Part shown: piece after piece, positions 35,654 to 48,469 of the stretch
Layout of the letters: each line of letters starts with the position of its first letter
How positions within the stretch are numbered: position 1 is the first letter of the stretch
DNA from: Octopus bimaculoides
Lineage: Eukaryota
Length of the DNA: 64,000 nucleotides
Assembly (NCBI RefSeq): GCF_001194135.2
Contig: NC_068982.1
Coordinates: 121,809,479-121,873,478 of the forward strand
Direction of reading: 5' to 3'
Notes under the pieces: model-generated
The model's database searches: none
Told to the model about the DNA's origin: nothing
Seen by the model: only the letters and a program-made list of their open reading frames with translations
Position numbers and translations under genes: made by a program

Positions 35654-38600
35654 TGTGGAGCCATCTAATGGTGACTCCGTTCCGAAGGCCGTAATATCAT
35701 TTGATGAAGGAACACAATACAATGAATTCATATAACAAGGCTGCAACATTAAATACCTTTACTCGAGGTTTCAAACAAATATACATATAACAATAAAGGA
35801 AGGAGTTTGATGAATGGGGGCCATGCTCATCTTCTGTATACTACCTCATGTCTGCTAGCTGGCTCTCATGTCATGCACGCCAGCTAGTCACGTCTTTGCT
35901 CTCCGACGTCCCGATGCAAAAGTGGAAGTGCTAAGGCTTCGTGTTCGAATCTAACGCTCTAGTGCCAGTTTACTTAAACAGCCGCTGTCAAAGGAGGTAA
36001 CTGTGCTTATAGCCCTCCCCTAGACCAGAAGCGATCGATTAAGAGTAATGTAGGCAAAATACGTGTGCGATAGGAGGGCACAGAAGAATGAAACATGGCA
36101 AAACAGTTGTATTAACAATGCAAAGTACAAATTTGGAGGAAACGTGCAGAAGAATGTCTGTTCTTTTAGAGAAAAATATGTGTGACACAATTGGAACTAT
36201 AGCAGAACAATTAAAAAATACAATGCAAGTATGTACAAGGAAAAACGTTCAGCAAAGAAACATGTCCAATCAAATAGGACGATGTATATATATATATATA
36301 TGTACAATGATACAGAAAGGGAAAATATGAATGCGGTGTCTATAACAAACATGAGTCTATTCTCCGGAACAGTCATTGGCGAGGCAAAGTTAAGAAATGT
36401 AAATAGTCTGTGACAATTTCTTCTGCCAATGAACCTATCTGCCAAAACGTGTCCTGTAAGATGAAGAATGCGTTTGTATAGTTGGTGTTATGGTGAGTAA
36501 ATGTGGTACTTGTGGGGGTGGGGGGTAGCAGTGTTTGTAGAATGATGGATGTGTCAGTATGTGGCATAAATGTTTCGGAAAAGGAATTTTTTACTCTGTC
36601 GATAGAGACAGTCTCTTTTTTTCTCCGTGAATGTTCACAGTGAACAGTTTCGATGTGCTTCTAAGAACGCGACAGGGACCAGTGTAGGGAGGTGTGAGCG
36701 GTCCCTTGACGGCATCATTTCTTACAAACACGTGAGTCCAAGTAGAAATATCTGGAGGTACTGTAGAAGAAATAGACTGGTCACGAGGAAGCATCGGTGG
36801 TAGGTCAGCAAAGAATGACCTGAGTCGCGTGACGTAAGATGTGGGACCCACATTCGGTAAGTTAACGGGTGCCAACATTTGTTCCGGAAGTGCTAAGGTG
36901 GTGCCATACAGGAGCTCAGCGAAGGAGTAGCCTAAATCCTCAGTGACAGCTGAGCAGCACCCCAGCAAAACAATGGGGAGAAACTCGGACCGACGATGAG
37001 GATCAGGAGCCGCGCGAATAGCGGCATTAAGCTGGCGGTGGAATCGTTCCACCATTCCGTTTGCGGCGGGATGGTAATTTGTGGTGTGGATGTACTGAAC
37101 TCCGAGCAATCTCGAAAGCTCACGGAACAGACAAGCTTCAAATTGGCGTCCGGAGATGAGTGCTCTGGCGACTATTTCCGCGGAAATGTCCACAAGAGGG
37201 ATGGCTTCAGGTCATCTGGAGAAACGGTCGACGCAGGTCAATATATAAGTAAATCCGCAACTGACCAGCCAAGGACCAACCAAGTCGATATGTATGTGAC
37301 GGAACTTGGTGTCCGGTGGCTGGAAGTGCCCAAGAGGTGCTCTCACGTGACGATGCACCTTGGAACGCTGACATGGTAGACAGGCACGTGACCAAGCAGT
37401 AACAGACCGACGCATATTCGGCCAGAAAAAGCGGGCAGAGATAAGCTTTACTGCGACCGCATTGACGGGGTGTGACAGTGAATGCAGTGCTTCAAAAATA
37501 GCACGACGGTGATGTTCAGGAACGAGGGGTCGTGGTGACCCGGTAGAAACATCGCAGAGAATAGTCCCATCAGAAAAAGGTTGATGACGCGTCGACAGTG
37601 AGTGTCAATTTTGCATCCGCAATAGGATGAGCGAGGGAGGATGCTTGAGCAAGATCAGATTTGACAGATTCAAAGCTTGGATGGCTGTAGTAGACAGCGT
37701 TATCGGGGAGTCTTTTTCGTTGATCTTTCTGAGCTATTTTAAGGAAACAGGAGACAAGCGTTTGATGGCTTCCACTTTAGAAGGAAGCGGACGAATGAGA
37801 TGCACCAAGAATTCCAAACTGGTAGAACCGGATACACACTTAGCCGGATTGACCTTAACAGTTGTGTTAAGTGTTGAAGTTGCTGGTCTGGAGTACCACT
37901 GGCGATTAGAAGATCATCGACATATGCGAAAACAAAGTCTAACCCACGAACGACCTCATCAATGAACCTTTGGAACGTGCTGGCCGCATTGCGAATACCA
38001 AATGGCATAGACAAAAATTTAAACGCTCCAAAAGGCATGGTGACGCGCGTACCAAGTCGATTTTTGAAAAATCTTACAGCCGTGCAGGGCAGACGAAAAA
38101 TCCTGCACATTTCGTAGCGGATAGCGATCCGGAATAGTGACAGTGTTAAAACGTCTAAAATCTCCAACCGGTCGATAATCCGCTGGCCATGTGTAAAGGT
38201 GTTGCCCACGGGTTCGTGGAGGGACGAATGAGGCCTAGCTGGAGCATGTGCTCGAATTCGGCGCGGTCAGGAAGAAAACTGGAGCTCCCTTAGTCGTGAT
38301 GAAATGTCTCGTGGAGTGGGCTGGATTCGACGGATGAAATGACAAATCAGTCAACTCTGGAAACGAAGCGAGTAACTTGGTGGTAAGTGTCACCCGATGC
38401 AACCACAAAGAAAGAAGGACTCACAACAGGAACAGAAGAATCCTTTCCGGAAACGGTGTGGGAGGTAGTGTCATCAGTAAGTCGGCGTCCTCTAACGTCC
38501 ACAAGGAGAGAATAGTGATGTAAGAAGTCAGCACCAAGGGTGGGATAGGGCAGGTCCGCAATGACGAAGATCCACTTGAAATCCCTACGGAGTGATAAAT

Positions 38601-39620
38601 TCAGGTTAAGAGAGATTTGTCCGTACGTTTTAATGGTGGTGTGATTCACCGCATAGAGAGATATGTCGGAAAGACCAGGATTGGTGGAAGTAAACCTTCG
38701 AGACCAAATACTCACGCTGACACCCGTATCCACCATAAAGGACTTTGAAGAAATAGCATCTCNNNNNNNNNNNNNNNNNNNNNNNNNNNNNNNNNNNNNN
38801 NNNNNNNNNNNNNNNNNNNNNNNNNNNNNNNNNNNNNNNNNNNNNNNNNNNNNNNNNNNNNNNNNNNNNNNNNNNNNNNNNNNNNNNNNNNNNNNNNNNN
38901 NNNNNNNNNNNNNNNNNNNNNNNNNNNNNNNNNNNNNNNNNNNNNNNNNNNNNNNNNNNNNNNNNNNNNNNNNNNNNNNNNNNNNNNNNNNNNNNNNNNN
39001 NNNNNNNNNNNNNNNNNNNNNNNNNNNNNNNNNNCTGTACATGCGTGAAACCTGTCGTGTCAGTTCTCCAATAGCCCGTAAGATTTCAGAGGATTGTGTG
39101 TCATCCGGAGCAGAAGAAAAAGTGCAAGCTCACGAGGAAGACGAAGAAGCAACTGCGATGACGTTATCGGCGGATGGTGATGTGCCGGAGAATTCCATAA
39201 TCCTGTCTGCGGAGGCGGCGAGTTGTTCAAGGGCCGTATGTTCCATCATAGGAGCTAAAATCGATTGGACGTTAGAGGGCATCCTCGAGAAAAATAACTG
39301 TTTGACGAATGACTGCCCTTCATACGAGCTATCGGTCAACTCCCGGATCCGTCGCAAAAACTCGGTGGGAGTTCGGTCCCTGAGATGCTCATCCCGCAAG
39401 AGTGTGCGAAATTTACTTTCATCCGAAGGAGAGTTACGCCTGAGAACCTCGGTTTTGAAGGATTCATACGTCATGTCCGATGGAGTTCCTATTATCACAT
39501 CGCGAACTGAAAGTGCAAGAGGAGAAGGAATGCCTGTAAGTGCATTCCTTCTCCTCTGGTGTTTGCTCTGGGCCGGCTGAATATTAGAAGAAATGAAAAA
39601 AGATTCCAGTTATGAAAACC
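35654..39620 (-). mobile_element. Decayed Ty3/gypsy LTR retrotransposon (gag-PR-RT-IN; RNase H largely deleted; only a candidate 3' LTR at ~35654-36010)
   Basis: gag 39130..39498 (YESFKTEVLRR...LRDRTPTEFLRRIREL); protease FMVDTGVSVS and PTLGADFLHHY; RT MPFGIRNAASTFQR...AYVDDLLIAS; integrase HHCC (CLPCQRSK), HIDLVGP, HPAANGMVERFHR, PYTGP; candidate PPT complement gccctcccct at 36012-36021. Confidence 0.92.
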
Positions 39621-39959
39621 ACATCTTAGCATCTCCATGAAATTGAGGCAAAGGAAAATGTCTCATCCTGAACGATAATAGTAGGCAAACACACTCTGAT
39701 CGAATCTTCCATGTGTTAACATGTACCTCCTTGCGACAATGTAAACTTTCATTGAATCAAAATACCCTTGGCCAGACGTGTAGCCTGCGGTATACACCTC
39801 GCTTGGATATTGACAACTTCCGAGGTTCCGTTCGCTACGAAACATATGTAGCCCGGATTTTATCTACTCCATTCCTTAACTCTTGTGTGTATGTATACAC
39901 ACACACACACGCGCGCGCGCACACACACATACACAGTCGATTTCTTCCAGTAATGATTA

Positions 39960-40165
39960 TTTCAAACTTTGGCAGAAGATCAGCAATTTTAGGAGGGGTT
40001 AAGTCTATTACGTCGACTTGTTCCACTTGTACTTATTTTATTGACCTCAAGTGAATGAAAAGCAAAGTCAACCTCAGTGGAATTTGAAATCAGAACGCTA
40101 AGCCGGAAGAAATGCAGCCAAACATTTTATCCGGGATGTTAATGATTCTGCTAGCAGTCCGCCTT
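39960..40165 (-). mobile_element. tRNA-derived SINE (Nin/Inv-like family)
   Basis: gtacttattttattgacctcaagtgaatgaaaagcaaagtcaacctcagtggaatttgaaatcagaacg..aatgattctgctagc. Confidence 0.7.
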
Positions 40166-40654
40166 ATTTCTTCGAGAAATAATGACGAAGAGAGATACAG
40201 TAAGAATTAGAAGAACCTAATGAAAGTCGAAAGACAAATTGACTTGAATGGGATTAAAACTAAAAGTACAGACAGTCGAAAGTACAGACCCCAAAAAATT
40301 CTGTCCGACGTTCTAAACTCCACCGACCGCTGCCATATTGTTTACAGTTTTTATAAGCTCTATTAAATTAATTCAGAACATTCTATGATTTCACTGGAAT
40401 TTTTCATTAATTTCTCAAGAGAAAAAGTCGTATCAAGTATTGACAAGAAAAACGCAATATTGGCACAAAAAATATGAAAGTATATGTTTACAATATATGT
40501 ATTACCAATTGCCACGTCTCAGTCTAACTTTACATCAACCGACTAAGCTCTAGTCCTTACGACACCAGCCTCTGAGAGATAATTTTTATTTCATTGTACG
40601 CATAAACTCTTAGTATGGCAACGCCCGACCTCTTTATCGCTGAATCATCGAAAC

Positions 40655-43600
40655 ACAATATGTATGTAATTATTCAGTTTCACATCTAGATTTCTTGCCA
40701 ATAGAGAAAGAGCCGGTTTCTAACCTAGATCCAAGGCACCTTCATTGGAATTTTAAACATCAATAAGATATTTGTGCATGTTTGTGTGTATGCGTGAAAT
40801 ATTTGAAATCAGTGAATGGACAGATTTGTATGTTTTGTTTTTTGTATGTATTCCCATCTATACAGTTGTATGTTTAGACATGCGTATGTGTACTTAAATG
40901 CTAAACTTCTGGAAAGTTTTACATATTTTGACAGTCCCATTGATGGCTCGTATCTGTAATCTAATTAGCTTTCTCCCTTCTGGTTTTGATAAGCCTAATT
41001 CCTGAAGATTAGTGCTGAGGCAGTTTGTCATATATCTAAGTGTCCTAATAATTACGGGTTTAAACCTGAACTTGTAATCCGGCTAGACACGCAGTAAATT
41101 TATCAGTAGCTCAACACAGATGTTTTCTCATTTCTCCGTCCCAAATTAATATGCCTGCTCTATTATGTTTACAGTTTTTGAGGTTTACACTAAGACATTC
41201 CACCAATATTCTTTGTGTGTATGTCATTGTTCAGTTTTATTTCAAGATTTCTTGCTAATAGAAAAAGAATTGGTATCTAACTTAGATTCAAGGCTCCTTC
41301 GTTGGAATTTCAACATCAACAATAGGGTAGTTTGTTTGTTTGTATGTATGTATGTATGTTATCAATCAGTTTCATTTCTGTATTTCTTGTCCATAGAGAA
41401 AGAGCCGGACTCTAACATAGATTCAAGGCTCCTTCATTGGAACTTTTATCAACATCGTCTAGGTATTTGTGCATATGTGTGTGTGTGCAGTATTTGGTGT
41501 TAGTGTATGCGCAGATTTGTATGTTTGTTTTATGGATGCGTTTTTATGTCTAGATGCATGCATATGTATTTATGTGCTAAATTTTTGGAAAGTTTTACAT
41601 ATCTTTACAGTTCCATTGATGGCTTGAATCTGTAGTCTTCTAATCAGCCTTTTTCTTTCAGGTTTTGAGAACCCTAATTTTCCCAATTTTTTGTTGAGGC
41701 AGTTTGTTACATATCCCAATGCCCCAACAATCACGGGTATGAATCTGAACTTGTAGTCTGGGTGGAGTATCTGCAAATGTATGTATGTATGTATGTATGT
41801 GTGTGTGCAGATTTGTATGTTTTGCTTTATGTATGTATTCTCATGCATATAGTTGCATATCTAGACATGCTCATATATATTTAAATGATAAACTTCTAGA
41901 AAGTTTTACAGATTTTTACAGTTCCAGTGATGGATTAGATCTGTACTCTTCGAATTAACTTTCTTCTTTCTGGTTTTGAGAAGCCTTATTTCTTAAAGTT
42001 GGTATTTAGGCAGTGTCACATATCCCAGGCCTCCAATAATTACAGGTATAAACGTGAATGTGTAATCTGGATAGAGTAACTGCAAATTTCTCAACAGTTC
42101 AGAGTAGGTATTCTCTTTTTCACTGATCTTCAGCTTTATATTAACATCCACTGGGCAGCTAATTTATACAACTGTACATAGTTTCTCTTCTCTATCCCAA
42201 ACCATTATATCAGGTCTGTTGTGCTTACATTTTACTGAGTTCTTCACTGGGACAGTCCACCAGTAATCCTTTTTATTATGAGCAGCTATGCCTTCTACCA
42301 TTCTGTGGGTTCTTATTTCTTTGTCCTCGGGGTAATCTTTTCGACGGATTTCATTGTAGAGTGATCTAGCTATATCATGTCTCATCGGCAGATAATACCA
42401 TGATGACACTTTCGGACAACTGCTTATGATGTGGGTGATATCTTCGGTGTTAACTCCACAAAGTCTGTATCGGTTGTCACATTTTACTGCTTTTCTTGCA
42501 TCTCTATCCCTTGGTTGATAGTTCCAGTTCCTGGATTACAAACGCATACCCTTCACAGTGGGAGATAGTAATCCGGTCGTTGGTCCATGTGTGTATGTAT
42601 GTATGCATGCATGCTTGTACGTATGTATGTATGAATGAATGAATGTTTCTTCTTTGAGTTTTATTTAAGTTATTAAGAGAGTTCAAGCCGGTTGCTAACA
42701 AAACATTGTTTGAGTTAAGAGAGTTCCTGAGGTTTGTAAATATGTGGTTCAGTTAGTGTGTTCTTTGAGCTGTCGATGCACATACCCAAGTGTGTGCATC
42801 TATTCATCTAAAGAATCTCAGATGCAGAATCTTTGGAATGTCTTACAAATCTTCACTGTGCTGCTGATAGACTAGATTTGGAGAACCCGTGTCAGTTTCT
42901 TGTGCTCTTTCTTCAGAAAAAATATAGTTGTATTTCAAAGTACCTACTCAGTAGTTCTTCCCCGACTCCGAAGATCTTACTTTCACTTTCGAGTAATGTA
43001 CTCATTTCTTTCTTTACTGTTCAGCAGATGATGCCTGAGTGATACAGTGCGACGTTAAAAAACTGTATGCATGTATGTTTGTTACTATTCAGTTTTATTT
43101 CAAAATTTCTTGCCGATAAAGAAAGAGCCGATTTCTAATGTATGTATGTATGTATGTATGTGGGTGATGTTGATGTTCTTGAAAAAAATCACTCTCGAAG
43201 TATTAAGACAATATGTACGTATTATTCTATTCTTCTTTTTCTCTTTTTGATTTAGAATAAATTTTGATAGGCCACCTACGTGGTAGCAGGGTTGTGAAGG
43301 AAAGCATATTATTCTAACTATCATACTTTAAATCATAAGTAGGTCTTGCAGACTTTTATAGTTCTTGATATCGTGATCATTTGTAGAGTAAGAATTAACG
43401 ATTTTCATTCTCTCTCCAAGATCCCAGAATCAGCCATACTTTACTCCAGATGGGTTGGTATGTATCCTGTTGCTCCACTAATAACAGGTATGAAGCTGAA
43501 AGTGTACCTTAACTACGGGTTTTGCAAATTCCTTATCAATGGTCCTTAGACGTCCTCTTTCTTTGGTGTCCAGAGGGTAACTGATTTCCACAACAGAACA

Positions 43601-45070
43601 TTTCTTCTGATCCCACACAACAATATTTGGCCGGCTGTGTCTTTTACATGTTGGTTGTTTTAATTGTTAAGTTCCATCAATATTCCTTTGACCTATCGAT
43701 CTCAATATAGTCAACTTCGTCTGAAGATGTTTTCTCTTTTGTTCTTCAGTTCCAGTTCGTTATGGCCACTGCATTATGCCTCATAGAAAAATGTATCCGG
43801 GAGAGATTCTCTCACAGTTGCCAATAATGTGGCTGATGTCTTCAGTCTTGGTCTTTCATAGCCTACATTTGTTGCCTGCCAGCGTTTTCTGCCTTCTAAT
43901 ACGTAAGTCCTTGATGGAGCTTGCGAGTTCGAAAATCTTTCTCATTGATTTCTTATAGTGACCAGTTCAGAAGGTCGAACGTAAGTTTGAGGACAGGCAC
44001 TGCAAAGGTGTAGTGGGAAATACGCTTATTATGAGCTGAGAGTTCTGATGTATGTATGTATATCATTGTTCAGTTTTATTTCAAGATTTCTTGCCAATAG
44101 AGAAAGAGCCGGTTTCTAACCTAGATTCAAGGCTCCTTCATTAGAATTTCAGCATCAACAACAAGATATTTTTGTATGTATGTATGTACGTATGTATGTA
44201 TGTATGTATGTATGTATGTATGTATGTATGTATATGTGCAGATTTGTATGTTTTGTTTTATGTGTGTATTCTCATGCATATAGGTACATTTCTAGACATG
44301 CTCATATATATATTTAAATGATAAATTTCTGGAAAGTTTTACAGATTTTTACAGTTCCCAGTGATGGATTAGATCTGTAATCTTCGAATTAGCTTTCTCC
44401 TTTCTGGTTTTGTGAAGCCTAATTTCTAAAGATTGGTATTTAGGCAGTGTGTTACATATCCCAGGGCCCCAATAATTACAGGTATAAATGTGAACTTATA
44501 ATCTGGATAAAGTAACTGCAGATTTCTCAATAGTTCAGCGTAGGTGTTCTCTTTTTCACTGATCTCCAGCTTTATGTTAACATCCGCTGGGCAGCTAATG
44601 TCCACAACTGTGTACAGTTTCTCTTCTCTATCCCAAATCATTATATCAGGTCTGTGTGCTTAAATTTTACTGAGGTCTTCACTACTTTTTATTATGAATG
44701 GCTATGCCTTCTACCATACTGTTAGTTCTTATTTCTTTGTCCTCGGAGTTATCCTTCCGACGGATTTCATTACAGAGTGTCCTAGCTACATCATATCTCA
44801 TCGTTAGATAATACCGTGATGACATTTTCGGGCAACTGCTTATGATATCTTTGGTGTTAACTCCACAAAGTCTGCATCGATTGTCACATTTTACTGCTTT
44901 TTCTGTATCTCTATATCTTTTGTGCATCTGGTACTTGGTTAATATTTCTTGTTCCTGAAATGCAAACGCATGCCCATCAAAGTGGGAGGTAGTAATCCGG
45001 CTATTGGTCCATGATAAGCTGCTTTGATAATCGATATTACTATCATGTCGGAGCTTGATTACTATTTGTA
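40655..45070 (-). mobile_element. Cluster of at least six 5'-truncated R4/Dong-like RLE LINE 3' ends separated by (TATG)n
   Basis: Minus strand CCHC knuckle CRLCGVN...ISSCPKMSS.YYL.MR.D and RLE motif HNRPDIM.WDREEK.CTVVDISCPAD...EKENTY..LL (ORFs 42164..42409, 44426..44641, 44682..45095, 41570..41848); shared 3' UTR ending aaataaaactgaacaatga. Confidence 0.88.
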
Positions 45071-46275
45071 AGCCTGCAGAATGACCTAAGTGCAATATAT
45101 GAGTGGGCAGAGCAAAATAATATGCAGTTCAATGCAAAAAAATTTCAAGTACTGCGCTACAAGACCACAAGTACCTCCCAACTGGCATACACAGGGCCTG
45201 GAGGTACTGCAATCCCAGAACCACAAACAGTAAGAGATCTGGGCATCAACATATGTAGTGATGCATCATTTCACATGCACATTGTCAAGTTGACAGCAAA
45301 GTGCAGACAACTGGCAGGGTGGATACTNNNNNNNNNNNNNNNNNNNNNNNNNNNNNNNNNNNNNNNNNNNNNNNNNNNNNNNNNNNNNNNNNNNNNNNNN
45401 NNNNNNNNNNNNNNNNNNNNNNNNNNNNNNNNNNNNNNNNNNNNNNNNNNNNNNNNNNNNNNNNNNNNNNNNNNNNNNNNNNNNNNNNNNNNNNNNNNNN
45501 NNNNNNNNNNNNNNNNNNNNNNNNNNNNNNNNNNNNNNNNNNNNNNNNNNNNNNNNNNNNNNNNNNNNNNNNNNNNNNNNNNNNNNNNNNNNNNNNNNNN
45601 NNNNNNNNNNNNNNNNNNNNNNNNNNNNNNNNNNNNNNNNNNNNNNNNNNNNNNNNNNNNNNNNNNNNNNNNNNNNNNNNNNNNNNNNNNNNNNNNNNNN
45701 NNNNNNNNNNNNNNNNNNNNNNNNNNNNNNNNNNNNNNNNNNNNNNNNNNNNNNNNNNNNNNNNNNNNNNNNNNNNNNNNNNNNNNNNNNNNNNNNNNNN
45801 NNNNNNNNNNNNNNNNNNNNNNNNNNNNNNNNNNNNNNNNNNNNNNNNNNNNNNNNNNNNNNNNNNNNNNNNNNNNNNNNNNNNNNNNNNNNNNNNNNNN
45901 NNNNNNNNNNNNNNNNNNNNNNNNNNNNNNNNNNNNNNNNNNNNNNNNNNNNNNNNNNNNNNNNNNNNNNNNNNNNNAATGCCCTGCCAAAACATTTGAG
46001 AGACATGCAAGACATGGATGCGGAGGTCTTCAAGATAAAACTTGACGCTTTCCTCTCCACGATACCAGACGAACCAATGGCTCGTAATGAGACGCAGTTT
46101 AGGGCAGCTATGTCAAATTCTCTTATACACCAGATGTGCCATCAAAACTCTTGATTGGACCATGTCAGATGGGGGAGAAGAGCCATGCAAGGAACGTGAA
46201 AATCACGGTGGTGCACCAGCATGACCGCAGCCACTTGGCTGAAACACATAAATAAATAAATAAATAAATAAATAA
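45065..46275 (+). mobile_element. CR1/L2-group LINE 3' portion with (TAAA)n tail (gap inside)
   Basis: LQNDLSAIYEWAEQNNMQFNAKKFQVL...VRDLGI...KCRQLAGWI and FKIKLDAFLSTIPDEP; ends gctgaaacacat(aaat)n. Confidence 0.82.
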
Positions 46276-46446
46276 ATATCTATGCATAGTCGCGCGACCT
46301 CTTTGGGCATGTATTCTAGGTTTTCAAACAAAGAATGTTGCTCAAGGAGGTACCTTCCAAGTCTTATGGTGTTAACAGCCTCACGTATGCAAACTTGATC
46401 AAGTATGTATGTATGTATGTATGTATGTATGTATGNNNNNNNNNNG

Positions 46447-47322
46447 ACCCTTTGTATTCCATTTTCTACCATATCTTCATTTATTCAAAGATATAAAAAA
46501 TCGGGAACTATTGAAAACAAAATAAGATCCGAGGCACTACGCAAGATTTCCACTAGATCTTTAAGAAAAATGAAGTGAAGTATCGAAAAAACGCAATGAT
46601 CACCAGAAAGGAGTTGCAAGAAGATTTGTTAGCTTCAGGGACTAGTGTTACACTATGAACAATCACCAATGAACTTCATAGGAATGAACTGAAGTCATGC
46701 TCTCCTAGAAAAACTCCACTGTTGACTAAAAGGCATAGAGATGGCCGTTTAAAATTTGTTTATGAACATAAAGATAAATCTGATACATTCTGGGAAAATG
46801 TTCTTTGGACAGACGAGTCGAAAATTGAATTGTTGGGACGAAATTCTCGTAGCCATGTTTGGTGGAAAGATGGTACCACCTATTCGCTAAAAAACACAAT
46901 TCCTACTGTAAAGTTTGGAGGTGGCAACATCATTGTGTAGAGGTGTTACTTTGCAAATGGGACTGGCAATTTTCATGTGATAGATGGTAGAATAAATGCA
47001 GAGATGTACCAAAATATTTTGAACAATAATGTATGGGACTCTGTAGAAAAGTTCCAGCTTTGTGAAGGGTGGGTTTTACAACAGGATAACGACCCTAAGC
47101 ACACAGCGAAGTCTACCAAAAATGGATTGTCAATCACAATATAAAATTATTAGAATGGCCAAGCCAGTCACCTGACTTGAACCCCATTGAAAATTTGTGG
47201 CGTTATTTGAAAATTAAAACTCATTCAAGAGCCCCAATGTGCATTCCAGATTTGAAGAAAATTTGTCAAGAAGAATGGGAAAAAATTCCTAATGAAACAT
47301 GCGAGTCATGGATTACGAACTA
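46447..47322 (+). mobile_element. Tc1 (DD34E) transposase remnant between assembly gaps
   Basis: VLWTDESKIEL, KFGGGNIIV, QQDNDPKH and WPSQSPDLNPIENLW, with stops and frameshifts; TIRs not visible. Confidence 0.92.
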
Positions 47323-48228
47323 NNNNNNNNNNNNNNNNNNNNNNNNNNNNNNNNNNNNNNNNNNNNNNNNNNNNNNNNNNNNNNNNNNNNNNNNNNNNNN
47401 NNNNNNNNNNNNNNNNNNNNNNNNNNNNNNNNNNNNNNNNNNNNNNNNNNNNNNNNNNNNNNNNNNNNNNNNNNNNNNNNNNNNNNNNNNNNNNNNNNNN
47501 NNNNNNNNNNNNNNNNNNNNNNNNNNNNNNNNNNNNNNNNNNNNNNNNNNNNNNNNNNNNNNNNNNNNNNNNNNNNNNNNNNNNNNNNNNNNNNNNNNNN
47601 NNNNNNNNNNNNNNNNNNNNNNNNNNNNNNNNNNNNNNNNNNNNNNNNNNNNNNNNNNNNNNNNNNNNNNNNNNNNNNNNNNNNNNNNNNNNNNNNNNNN
47701 NNNNNNNNNNNNNNNNNNNNNNNNNNNNNNNNNNNNNNNNNNNNNNNNNNNNNNNNNNNNNNNNNNNNNNNNNNNNNNNNNNNNNNNNNNNNNNNNNNNN
47801 NNNNNNNNNNNNNNNNNNNNNNNNNNNNNNNNNNNNNNNNNNNNNNNNNNNNNNNNNNNNNNNNNNNNNNNNNNNNNNNNNNNNNNNNNNNNNNNNNNNN
47901 NNNNNNNNNNNNNNNNNNNNNNNNNNNNNNNNNNNNNNNNNNNNNNNNNNNNNNNNNNNNNNNNNNNNNNNNNNNNNNNNNNNNNNNNNNNNNNNNNNNN
48001 NNNNNNNNNGGAATTTCTTTCCCGAAATGAGAATATTCAAAATAATTTCCGATTCTGGCGGATTTAATGATAAACTGAATTAATAAAGTTGTATAATTAA
48101 TAAAATCTTATAACTAAGACTGCTTTTGACTTTTAGGATGGCGCCTGTAATTGAATTCAACCAGAGTCTTCTAATTGTCTTAATTACGAAATATCACAAG
48201 CTATGGTTGCAGAGAAATCGTGTGTGTG

Positions 48229-48273
<45 letters not shown>

Positions 48274-48469
48274 AAGAGAGAGTTTGTACTTATTTTGAAT
48301 TAGTTTGCACACACGCACACACATGCATATATGCGTGTGTGGGAGGAGTGCAAGTAAATGTGTCTGCATGCCTGGTAGTAGATTGTGGTCGTCTGGTGTT
48401 GTTAGGCTACTGTCTAAAACTGGGATGGGTATTGCTATTTTGCTAGTTGCGATTCTGATTTTGTTACAA

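Noticed and set aside
39660-39850. 5' LTR of the gypsy element
   Set aside because: No similarity to the candidate 3' LTR at 35654-36010, and no primer-binding site seen.
42560-45013. Apparent identical 5' truncation point (..ggtccatg) in two R4-like copies
   Set aside because: The 44060 copy continues in frame to ~45070 (..DSNIDYQSSLSW..), so the breakpoints differ.
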